DNA from: Eutreptiella sp. 'Long Island Sound 2002' | Taxonomy: Eukaryota > Protista > Euglenida | Direction of reading: 5' to 3' | Assembly (NCBI GenBank): GCA_964036045.1 | Contig: OZ038379.1 | Location: 65,534,001-65,598,000 of the forward strand | DNA: 64,000 bases | Shown: positions 50,401-62,200 of the stretch, piece by piece | Position numbering within the stretch: position 1 is the stretch's first letter | Layout of the letters: every line of letters starts with the position of its first letter | The notes under the pieces: generated by a model | Seen by the model: only the letters and a program-made list of their open reading frames with translations | What the model was told of the DNA's origin: nothing | The model's database searches: none | Program-made: the position numbers and the translations under genes

Positions 50401-52319
50401 CCTCACCCCCCCCCCCCCCGCCGCTCCCATCACAAGCATCAAAAGTACCATTCCTTATCCTGTTCCATGGCACTTGAAAATTTTGGAATTTTTGACATTT
50501 GACGAAAATCTTCTCTCGTCCTTTGGACTGGTTTGGGCCATCATTCATGACAATACGGGGACTCACCCAAGGCACCCAAGGCCCACGTAACCCACGCCAT
50601 GAGTCATACAAAACCCCCAAAATTGCTTTTGTTCAAGTGCTTTGTGCTGCGCCTTCCCAAGGTTGCACTTCTTGTTGACCACAACACCATGGATTTGGAG
50701 GGAATGCAAGTTGCCCGCAGGCCGGCAATGGGCCCCTTGGTTTGGGGAGCAATAGCGTCGGTGCTGGCGTCACCCAGCCAGTAGCAGGTTGCTGCCTTGG
50801 CCGCAAGTCGTAGGCGTGGAGATTATCAAGGGCATCGTTCCGTTAGGGGGTGCTGTGGTGTGTGCTCGTGTAGTGATGCAATTGGCCGAGTACATACTTG
50901 CGCTGTGGTGTGGACACGAGGCGGAATGCAGTGCGGTGCATGTTGGGATAGCTGTTTCCGGACGAGGCGCACGTTTGCCGCTATGCCATGGGTGCCATGC
51001 TGCTATGCCCATGATACTTGACTCCAGCTAGGCCATCGACGTTGTCTTGGGGATGTTAGCTGAGCCTTGACGCTACCTGTTGTGTGCTGATCTTGAGCAT
51101 GACGGGCAAACACCGCGTGTTGGGTGCGGGACCAAGTAGAATTCAAATTTTCTACAAAAGTGTGTATGTGCATCAAAATTTCCAGCCCCCGCGTGGGTGC
51201 CAATCCCCAACACCGCATTGTACACCTTTGGATAGCCGGCGAAGCAGACCCAAAAAATCAAGGCGTTTGTTATGTTGTAGCTACCGCATGGATACTACTA
51301 CCTCCACAATGGTGTGTTCGCCCTGCACCACTGCCTCTTGGGCGGCTGATTGCGTTGCGGCAGCGGCGACTATTGCACACACTACCGTTGCAGAGGCCCC
51401 ATTGCTGGCCACTGCAGGTGTGGGCTGTGCACACAATATCTCAAGCTGTCGCAGTCACACCATCCGCTCCGCTGTTGTAGCGGCTGAGCCACATGCGGCT
51501 GGTCAGGCTGGGGCAGGGCGGGCCACACCTCACTAGAGGTGGCGGCTAGGCCCCCTGCAAACATGTCCGTCCTAGCACACCGGCCCGGGAGCGAACCTGC
51601 CCCACGGGGGGGGCTCAAGTTTTTTGGTGGGCACAACACGTCACATTTCAATGTGAATATGGCAGAATTCACTCTCTTTAATTCATGCCCAGAGCCAAAT
51701 TTTGGGACATCACATTGCAAGCTATCCCCTTCCCCCTCTTGTGCCCTTGCCTAGTCCCCACGCTTGATTAGTCTTAGGGCGGTCGGCTGGGTGGGTTGGT
51801 TGTAGGGAGAGGGCAACCTCAGTGAGGTAACAGCTCTTGTTGTACATAGATTTACCCTTGACCCTGGGAGACAGTTGACTTGTGTACATCAGCTAATAGT
51901 CTCGGCTTTCGGCTCGCCACGACCGCTCAGATTGCCCATGGCTAGGCTGCTATGGAGTTATTGTCCTCTTCTTGAAAGAAAAAGTGCAACCTATACAGCA
52001 ACTGAAGGTCCTTCTATTACTTGGCGTGTTCTGTGATTTTTTTTTGGGGGGGGGGTAATCAAATATTCTTCCCAAGGGCTGCTTCCCCTTCGAAGTGTGT
52101 GTTTTGTGATTGGTTGCATTAGAGCAAATTTTTTTTCTAAAACGGCCTTCGGCCTGTGGAACCGAGAACATCAATGGAAGGCGAGTTCTCAAAAGGAACA
52201 ATCACACTTGTAAATGAGGTCGGCCTGTGTGTCTTTGGGGCTTGATTGTGCAGCCTTCAACTTGGCTTTAAGCAGGTCCCGAAGAGCATTGAGAGACTTG
52301 TCATCCTAGTATTCAATCG

Positions 52320-52390
52320 CCTGTTTGTCGCTTGCTTGCTGATTGCCGCTGCTGATTGCCGCTTGCTGTTTGTCGCTTGCTGTTTGTCGC
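52320..52390. repeat. Short imperfect tandem repeats (CTGTTTGTCGCTTG / CTGATTGCCGCT)
   Basis: Visible directly in the sequence. Confidence 0.7.
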
Positions 52391-53645
52391 ATACGTGAAA
52401 ACCGTCACTTTCATATTTTTTCCTTTTTGGGGAAGACGCAGGAAGTTTTGCTTCATGGCTGGTATTCTTGATCAGAAATGGCCCCAAGCCAAGCATCCTG
52501 CCCAACAGCATGGCACCATGCAAAACCTGCAGCTAAGGCAGAGCCGAGCCGGCAGCCAAACTTGCAGCACGCAGGACCATTCCTGTGGCCCCTATTAAGG
52601 ATGCCCAGCTTGTCAAGGGGGATTCCCAGCACAAAACGTGCCATGCAGAGCCACTTTTTCACTAGAGGGGGCCACACATCACAGAGTACAGTTTGATACT
52701 CATCGTGTGTGTCTTGTGCTCTTGCTTTGTCCATTGCACAAAGTGCAACGTGTCCCTGATTATTCTTGGGGTTCGGGGACCGTCACTTTCACTTTGGGCA
52801 TGTTCCCCCTGGGTGTGAGACAACTGTTGCGTGCTAGTGTGGACTGGACAAAGGGCCGGGAGCCGGGGGCTGGGGCACTACCAATGGTGCATGATAGAGG
52901 GTTTCCACCCCTCACTAGTTTGACACAGCCATCATCCTTGGAATGGGAAACCAAATCCAGGACTACAGCCCCCAAGAAGGTCGCCACAAAAGCCAGGTAC
53001 CTTGAACTCCTTGGGCTTCTTGAAAGCCATGTCAAGGCCTGAAAGCAGTTACAGGTGACAGGTGACAGGGGATGTACACAATGGTGAGGAACACATCTCA
53101 AGCAGGTTAATATAATTTCCCCTCCCGTGACCCCCCGTTTGGGCTGGGTATGGGCTCCTGGCTGGATCCTGGGCCCTCCCACCCTTCAACAAACATCACC
53201 TACCCAGTGGCTGGCAGCTAGCACCCACTCTCGGCCAGCCAAGGGGGGGCTCCCAGTACCAAGCCTTGTTGGGGTGTAGTGTTACAACAGGCAGCCACCC
53301 ATGTGAAGGGCATCCCAATCGGGACTGAGCTGGCAAGAACTTGTTGATGAAAAAGAGAGGCCAGCATGATGACAATGGACTGGGAGAGGCGAAAAGGAAA
53401 ACAAGGGGCCCTGTAATTCAATGATTTGGCGAATTTTTGAACAGGGGATGACTTGAGGGTTTGGAGGCTGCAGAGGGCGAGGCATTATGAGGGTGGTTTT
53501 TGGGGAGGGGGTTGGTGAGGGTGTTGTAGGTAGAGGGCAGAGGTGGTAGCAAAGATGGATTCATTGTGCCGAGCACTGTGTTTCCGTGATAACCTGGTTC
53601 TGTGCACACACCCAAATGTGCGATGCCCCATCCTTTGCTGTGCAG

Positions 53646-53838
53646 GGGCTTGAAGTTGTGTTTGTGAGCCGCGATAATGACGACGCCACATTCAAGGACT
53701 ACTACGCAACCATGCCATGGACAGCGCTGCCGTTTTCTGAGAAGAATGCCAGAGAAACGCTTCAGAAAAAGTTCAACATTTCAGGGATCCCGACGCTTGT
53801 CATCCTCGACACTGACGGGCAATCCATTACGACTGATG
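53646..53838 (+). CDS. Host exon of a nucleoredoxin/tryparedoxin-like thioredoxin-fold protein
   Basis: TGCAG|GLEVVFVSRDNDDATFKDYYATMPWTALPFSEKNARETLQKKFNISGIPTLVILDTDGQSITTDG|GT. The EVVFVS-D, MPW-ALPF and GIPTLVI motifs are typical of this family. 193 bp, phase 0-1. Confidence 0.88.
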
Positions 53839-56800
53839 GTACCCATCCTCCTAAGAATCCAATCTTAGTCAAGCCTTATGCCCCATTCCCCCCTCCTGGC
53901 CTTTCGGGCCCAACATAGTGCAGCTACGGCAAGAATCTGAGCCTATTTTGAGTGGTGGTGCCCTTACTGCTTGCTCCTTGGGGGTTGGTCCATGGCCCAT
54001 GGCCGGTGTGATGAATTCAGACACTTTTGGATGCAGCTGTTGAAGTTGGCCCTGGTTTCTGGTGAAGCCCCGCACATGGCCCAGGCAAGGCAGGTTGGGA
54101 GGTTGAACTGTGTAGTGACACTCTTCAGTTTGAGTCAGCCGGACACCCGCCCCAGCCCATCGATGCCAAAAGGCAAAATTACCCTTTTTTGTGCACGCAC
54201 TGATAACGCTGGCAACGGGGACATCCTGGAACACCGAGGGTGCAATAAATCCCTGCCAACCCTTCATCAGCCATCCAAAAAACGATGAAAGAATTTTGAG
54301 CAAGCGGCAGAATTGGGGCTTCATCTCGAGGCGACCATCATCTACCCCGACACATCATTGGAACCTTATCCAGAAGTGGGGCACGTTGGGGGCTGCCGAG
54401 CCTTTTTCGGTGATCACAGAGACAGCAGAACGCAATCCCGTATCTGAGCCTCAGACGAATATTAGGGGAGAACAGAGGGCAGCACTGCATGGGCTGCAGA
54501 GGCATGTCAAAGGTCAGCAGTTCTTGATCTGCCCTGACTGGAAGATAGTAGTAGAGGAACAGGAGGACTTCCACATGAAGAGGTCTCCAGTTGAGGTGTG
54601 AAGAAGAACCCACCACCACCACCATCACCACCAACAGAGGAACAGGCGGACCTTCTTCGTCCCCAAGGCACACCAGTGAGGCCCACACCGCCGAGAAACA
54701 GCCAGCATGCCCGAGCGCTGTTTCAACTCTGTGGGATGCATGACCATGTACCCCAGCCCTTATGTGCACGAGTAGGAAGCTAAACCCACCTACACCGGTA
54801 ACTCACATCGGGTTTTTGGCCCAACGGCTTCAAATGGCGCAGAACTCGCAGTCAACACCACGGGGTTAGAGTTGTATATTACACTGCAAGTAGTGGGCCT
54901 GGCACGGCACATTTTTTGCACCACAAAACTGCCTTCCCCCCTCCCGCCACGAGCATGCCTGCAGCCGTTTGAAGAACTAGAGTTGGTAGGTATGAGGGGG
55001 GCGGGGGCCCTTTTCCCCAAACTAAATTTCTGGTCCACCTTCGATGAGGGGTTTGACGCAACATCAACCCTGTCATGTAGCGGAGTGTGTTCTAGCTGGT
55101 CTACACCATGAATGTTGTATGTACACCGACCTCCTAACCAGTAGCCTATGCCAATTGGGTTTGTAAAGCTAAGATGCCAAACAATGCCCTACACAGTTTG
55201 GGCCTAGTGGGGCTGTTTAGCGCACATAACTACTAGATGACCTCTTACCGGGATGTACGCTTCACTTTGTAGAGTCCATATTGCCAATGCTCCACGTTGT
55301 TAAAATGAAAAAGTCGAGCCAGCAAAGGGCGGTAAAGGGAGTGGATAGGGGATGCAACAAAGCACATTTATGGCACAGTGCATTTGCAAGAGAGTGGGGT
55401 GCTACTATGTGGTGCATTACGACCTTTAACCTGTGTACCAAAACTTCTTTTCCTAAATCAAAGTTGTATGAAGCTATTCATGGCCTCAGAGTGTGGTGCT
55501 CTGCCAATGGGCCTCCTCGTTGGATGAACTCCTTGAAATGAGTGGAGGCCATGCAAAGGCTTCAAGAACCCAAGTTGCTTTGGACCGCGAGTAACCCATC
55601 ATCCCGGCGGCCCGAGAAGTCCACTACCGGGACGGCGCCGGGCAAGCGTGGGATCTGGCGACCTGGGTCCCGGAGCGTTTTGACCCGACCGCCTATGAAT
55701 GGGGAGCTCGGCCAGCTATGGCCAGATTTGGCCCGGGGGGGGCCTGCTATGGCCCGTCTGCGACCGTGGGCGGCTCTCTGCCGTCATGCCTGCGGGGCAA
55801 CAGCTGCCCCAGTTGGTCCCCGCGTGTCTTTTGGTACTCGGACCGGCCGCTGCCTAGGACCCCGGGCCGTTGGCCCTGCGCGGTGCGGGGGGCCCAGGTG
55901 GTTGTCATCGACGGGCCGGGCGGCCTCCCCGCGCGGCGGCTGGTTTTGCTCATCGCCTATGGGCCGCCACCCCGCTTAATGGGGCTATATGAGACGAGAG
56001 AGCCCCACGACCGTCGGATGGTGCGCCGGCTGCGGGACATGCTATTGGCCACATTGTGTATGGCCGGGTACCAGCCAGAGATCACTTACGAGCTATTGGG
56101 ACTCGCCCTTCGACCCTCTCGCTAGCCTTCACGGCACATTCCAACCCGGGTACGTTCCCGGGAACGGGGCCAAAGGGGTCTGAGGGTATAGGTCCGCGTA
56201 CGGGCACCTCCGGTAGGAGTGCGGTGCGGCCGGGGGGGGGGGGGGTCAGGCCTAGTAGCGTGTAGGGCGGGGGTGCGTGCACATTGCGGGGCTAGAGGAC
56301 CATGGGGAGGAGACGAAGAGGAGAGCCTTCGCCACCCCTCTCGGTCGCGTTCAGACCAGAGTTGGCCGGCGGGCACCATGGGTTGTGTGGCGAGTGCGGC
56401 CTTCCAGGGCACCGCATCTTCTCCTCCTCCTCCAAGTTGCAATTGTTCAGTGCTTTGATTGGGATATGCAATTTCAAGGAGAATCTGTCAACAAGGGCTC
56501 ATGCCACAGAGCACCAGCAAGGGACCAATGTATTTGGTCAGCCCCAAACAAGACTTCTTGCTCATAGTTTAGTCCGAGGTGCGCCCTTTTCAACGATGGT
56601 AACCATTGTAGGTATGTTCTCAAACATTTTCGATGTTTTTGCTGTCAATTTTTGCCTATTTTTGGTGTTAATTTTACCCTAAATCTCACCTACTTGATGG
56701 CCCAAGTTTAACTCCACCTCCTAGGCATTCTAAGTTCAACCAAGAATAATGGCAGCCGGTGGTCCCCCACACATGGCCGTAGTGTTTGCATGCTCCCTTG

Positions 56801-59269
56801 GATGCCTCTCGCTGAACCATAATACCTTATCTCTTAACAAGCTTCTACCTCGCAAACCAAGCTAGAAGCCGTTGGGCACACCTTGCTCCTCATAGCAGGG
56901 TGCTTGCTTGACATAGCAATGTGGTCACAATCTTGGTAGTGCCTTTTCATAGCTCTCTAGGCCCTCCAAGCCACTATCATAGGGTCGCAGTTACTTAGAC
57001 ACCACCCATGTACCGGCCGTCATGGCCCTGTGTACAGCATGCTGTTGTACCCAACCGGAGCCCCCCACCCTGGCATTGTTTGCTAGCATGAGTGTACATC
57101 GTGTCTAGCTGTTGGTGGCCGAACGTGGACCTATTTGTCCATATAATGTAGACACATGGCATGTCATGCATAGTGTTTGTTGGGATGTGTCGCCGTTTCA
57201 TCAAATGGACACGGGCAAGTGCCAATACATTTTTTTTGCCAATGCTTGTCTCATGTGTTGACCCTGGAGATGCAGATTAAAAGTAATTTGGTTGATTTTA
57301 CTTTGAAATGCATCAAAGGGGTTGATTAAACCAACCAAAAATTAATCCGTTAACGCGATTTAGGGTGATTTCCAAATCTTTGCCCATGCCCAAACCATGG
57401 CCGCCAATGCTTTTTAGTTGCTAAAGATTTTCACCGGGATGTTAGAGGGGCGGCATTGCCTTTCATTGCGGTTGGTAGGAGTTCATCCCCTCCCCAAGCC
57501 CACTACCCACTCCGTTCCAACCCACACCCCCGTTTTCCAGTGTATATTGTGCTTTGTTAAGCTTAACGGTCGAGGCACCCTTCTAGACCTTAGTATGACG
57601 TTTATGCGTTTGAGTGGTCCCAAAAGTTTGTGTGACCCCTTGGTCTCACAACACCAAGGTGAATGGGTGGCCTTATCCCCTTTGACCAAGGCCCCATTGG
57701 TCCGGACCACTGAGGTTGCCTAACTCCCCTTGATTCACATTAAGCAAATAGAGGCCGTCAGGCAATATGCCTTCCACCTCTCTCCTATGACCCACAAATA
57801 GGTCGATGTGCGGCCCCATGTGTCGTTTTTGAGGACCCCAGCTACCACTGGCACACCACTATGCATCCCTACACACAATGAAGGTGAGCGGCCTCTTCCA
57901 ATCAATGGTGTCGACTAGTGATAGACTCTATTGGATGCAGTCGGCACATGATTGTAGTGACCAAGAGCGGCCACTTGTAGGAGGATTGGCGACAGACATG
58001 GGCAACCCTAAGTCAAGGGGCTTGGCCATCTCCCTCCAAGTGTCCGTGAAGTGTTGTTGTGTATGGATGAGCGGGAGGGATGGCAGGCATGTTGGGGCAG
58101 TGTACGCCCCCCGGCCTCATGAACTCCCGCACGTACTGGACACTGCCCTTGCCCTAGAGACCCAAATTGAATCCAACATATTTATTATTGGCCAAAAATG
58201 AATTCATTAAACCAAAGTATGCACTTTTTGCGGGAGCTTAGGGGCGTCGCTTGGGAAAATTTTCACCCCGACGGGGTGCCTTGTGTGTTTGTCGACCATT
58301 TTGCCCCTTGGCTTGGGGGGGGGTTCACCCATCTTGATGTGTAAAAATATTTAAATGGCTATCGGCTTTAAAATTTGAGATCAATTTTTCGTTTAAGATT
58401 TGTAAATGTTAAATATTATGCGTGGCCGGGATTAAAAAGTAAACCAAGAAAATTTAGATAAACTTTTCGAAAATGAAACCTCCCTACACAAGCACAACCA
58501 CACGTAGAACACAGGCATTAGCCTTCGCGGCTCGTGTCCTTGGCCATTCCGGCCATTGTTGGCGTATTGCATCTCTCGGGAGCCCGTTTCCGGGTCCCAT
58601 AGTGCCGGGGTAGCTTGGGTTTCGGTTGGGGGGTTAGGTGGGTTAGTAGGGATATTTGGTTTGGGTTGAGGGTTTTCTTGGGGGTTAGTTGGGGGGTTTA
58701 CCGTCTTCGTTGGGGGGGTTGGTTTTTGGTTTTGGGGGCCCAGCACGTGCCGCCGGGAAAGTGGCCGACACGCTCTCCCTGGGAAGGGCGCAAGGGAGCA
58801 GCGCTCGTACGACCCCTCCGGCCGGGAGGGCGACGGATGCACGCTGGTTTCCGAAGGGGGGGGAGGTTGCCTTGAATAATGTCGGGTTGGGGTCCGGCTG
58901 TGCACGCGGCGGGCCGGTCGTGCGCGTGGGGGTGTGTGTTCGGGGCTGGGTCGGGCGGCCAGGCACAACGGGGTCCGCAGTGTGCCACGTCACCGCGCCT
59001 TGCCCCAACATGCTTCACCCAAAAGCCGTGCCCTCATGGATCCGGGGCCTAGAACGTGCTGCCGGTGTCGGGTCTGTTTAGCCAGGGGAGGATTTCGTGG
59101 CTGGGTGGCGGCCCGTAGGTCGTTTGGTGGGCCTAGCGGGTGCTGTTGAGCGGCGCCTCGCATGGGGCACCATGTGTCCGTCTTCCATCCCGGGGGGTCC
59201 ATGCGCTGTCGCCTGCGGGGCTGGGATGCGGGGATGGCAGGTGCAGGGGTGGGGGCAAGCAGACACTGG

Positions 59270-62200
59270 TAGGCACAAGACGAGGTAGTCGTTGTTTTGG
59301 TCGCTGCCCGTGTCAGTGCGGTGTGCGCTGGGGGCTGCGGCTAGCAGCCTACTGGAGCTCTAGGTTAACCTCGGGGGTCGGAGGGGGGGTGCTCGGGCCT
59401 TACGGGGGCGGTTTCCCAGGTGGACGTGTCCAGCGGGGCGCGCCGGGCGTTGGTGGGTGTGCAGCGGTTCGGGGCGGCCGACCTGCACAGCGTTCAGGGC
59501 GGAAGGGTTGGCGAGGAGGACAATCGCCTCGTGCGGGAGGGTTGCGGCCAGGAGGTCTAGGATGGCCCGCGCCAGGGCTGAGGGGCCACACACGACGTGC
59601 GCAGTGCTGAGGCCCGCGGCCGGACGGGGGGGGAGGGGGAGGGGTGGGAGTGGAGGCCGAGGCGCCAGGAGTGCGTGCTGCGCAGAACCCAGTGTAGGGC
59701 GGCGCTGTGGAGGAGGGTCATGGTGGCGATGGTGAGGGGGGGGGGGGTGTGAGCTGGTGGCGCGGGAGGACAGGGCGTGAGGTGCGCGGGGATGCGCTCG
59801 ATGGCGTCACGGATGTTGGGGGCCGGGTCGGGGAGGACGTCCAGTAGGCGTGTCTTGAGCGACACACTCTGCGCGGCGGGCAGGAGGGGGAATCGGCCGG
59901 GATCCTGGTCGACGTGCCAGGCGCCGAGGAGGCTGAATGATAGTTGTCGTGTTGGGGACCGGGGGAGTGGCGGGCGAAGGCCGGCGCATACGAGACCCGG
60001 GCAACGGTGGTGTCGACCGAAAAGGAGTCGGTGAGTTTTGGGGAATGACGAGCCGTGCGCCGGAACACTGGGGCTGCCGTGAACAGCGTCCCAGCGAGGA
60101 GCATGTGGAGGGCGTAGTACGGCGGGCAGTGGAGGAGGAGGTGGGCGTTGGGGTCAGAGTGGGGGCGGTGGCAGGAGGGGCATGTGACGCCACCGTACTT
60201 TGGAGGGTGCCGTTGCGCATGCAGAAGCCGCAGGTGCATGACGCGGCGGTGGGCGAGGGGGGGCACCTCGGCGCGGTCGAACGCCGCACGGAAGATGTGG
60301 GCGGACCAGCTGGGGTGCACATGGGGATGCCGGGCCGCGATCTCCGTTTGTACGGCGGCATCGTACGCCGTGTCAGCGGCTCGGGACGGGCTGAGGAAGA
60401 CCGCGCCACCCCGGAGGGCCACGACACGGCCCTCGAGCAGCGGGCCAAGGGTGCTGTGAATGGTCGGGCCGACTCGAGTCCCTGGTTTGCCAGGGAGTCG
60501 GCGTGGGCGTTGAGGAGGGCGAGGAGTGATCGGTCCCGAGAGTCGTGCTGACCTTGGAGCCACACCTTGTGGCGGGTGGCGCGGAGAGAGAATTGCGCTT
60601 CCCGGTAGGGGATGGATAGGGCGGAAGACGGGTGGGGGGGCGCGGGTGGTGTCGCACAGCAGGTTCCGTTGTAGAGTCGGTTTCGAGGAGGAGGTCACCG
60701 TTCAAGGAGCCGAGGGCGAAGAGGAGGGCGAGCAGGGCGTCGCAGGACTGGGCGTGGACTGTCGCGATGACTTGGATGGCGGCGTGGGTGCTGCGGGGGG
60801 AGGAGGTGGTGCTGGAGAGACGCGACGGGGCCGGATAATAAGACGTAGCCGATGGGGGTGGCGCGGGGTGAGCCAAGAACGGTGGTGAAGTTAGTGGCTG
60901 TGCCGGGGGGGGAGCACCCGGTGCTAGCGGGACATGCAGCCGTGAGTGCCTAGTACCTCGCTCAGGGGGATGCCGGCTGTGTTTTTGCTGTTGAAGTCCC
61001 CCATGACGACGGAGAGGTCCGGGCGGAGCTTGGAGTGGAGGTGGGTGATGTTCTTTGCTTCCGCGACCTACGCGGACCTAGGCCTAGGCGGAAAAGGAGA
61101 GGTAGGGATGTAGGTGGGTGTCGACCACCAGGACGCGGCCGACCGTGTGTAGGTGAACAAGGGAGGCCATCAAGTGCTCGCCGTCATAAGCCAGGACGGG
61201 TGGTGAGTCCTCCAAGCGGGTGGCGCGGCGCTATGCCGTCATGAACCCGGTGCCGGTGCCTGCTGCCGTGCTGAGGTGGTGCTCGTAGTAGTCGATGAGG
61301 GAGGAAAGGCCGGCCTGCAGGTCCCATAACTCCTGCCACCCGACGTGGTCGGGTCCAGCGCCTCCGGCCACGCTTGAGCGAGGGCTACTTGGGCGGTGAT
61401 ACCTCCCCAGCTGTGGCAGAAGAGGGAGAGAGTGGTAGGCCTGAGGGCTTCGGCGTCTGCGGTGGACGGTGGCGGGAGGGTTCCGTTGATAGGGGGGAGG
61501 GGTAGGAGTATGCCGGGGGGCTGTGGGGGAGCAGGGCTAGTCCCAGGGCAGGGGAAAGACCCGAACGGCCGACGGGATGGCGCGGCCGTGGAAGGAGGAG
61601 ACGCAGCGGGGTGCGAGGGGCAGGGTGATGAGGGGCGGGGCGCGGTGCGTGCACATGCAGAAAACGTGGGGCCGGTGACTGTGGGCGCGAGCGTCGTGCG
61701 GGAGAGGCTTGTCGCCGGAGGGGCATGCGGAGGAGGCCACTAAGACCGTGGGTCCGGGGTCCGGGATCAGGTGCTAGGGGGAGGTGGGCGACCGGAGGCA
61801 GACATACGGCGAGGAGGGTGGCTAGAGGGGTGAAGTGAGGGGGCATTCGTGGGACAGAGCGGTGTAGCGGGGGCCTACGTGCAGCGGGGGGGGTGACCCG
61901 AAAACTGGGACCGTGGGCGCGTTTGTGGAGGGAGCCGAGCCACTGGGTGACGAGAGGGAGGGAGTCGAGGACTGCTGCGTGGCGGACGTGGGTCGCGGTG
62001 ACAGAGAGGCTGGGCATAAGTGTGGCAAGGGCGCATGGCAGTTGGGGCAGTGGCGGTTGCACGGGGACTGCAATATACGTGGAGGCGGCGCAAGTGACGC
62101 AGGGGCGAGGGCCGGGGGCGTGGCCAGGGGACGCGATAAGGTGCCGCAGTGGAGGCAGGCTAGGAGGGAGTCAGTCGCGCGGTGCGGCGGGATTTGGGGC

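Noticed and set aside
55718-56125. 135-aa GC-rich ORF as a gene
   Set aside because: No recognisable motif or splice signals; probably a retroelement tail fragment.
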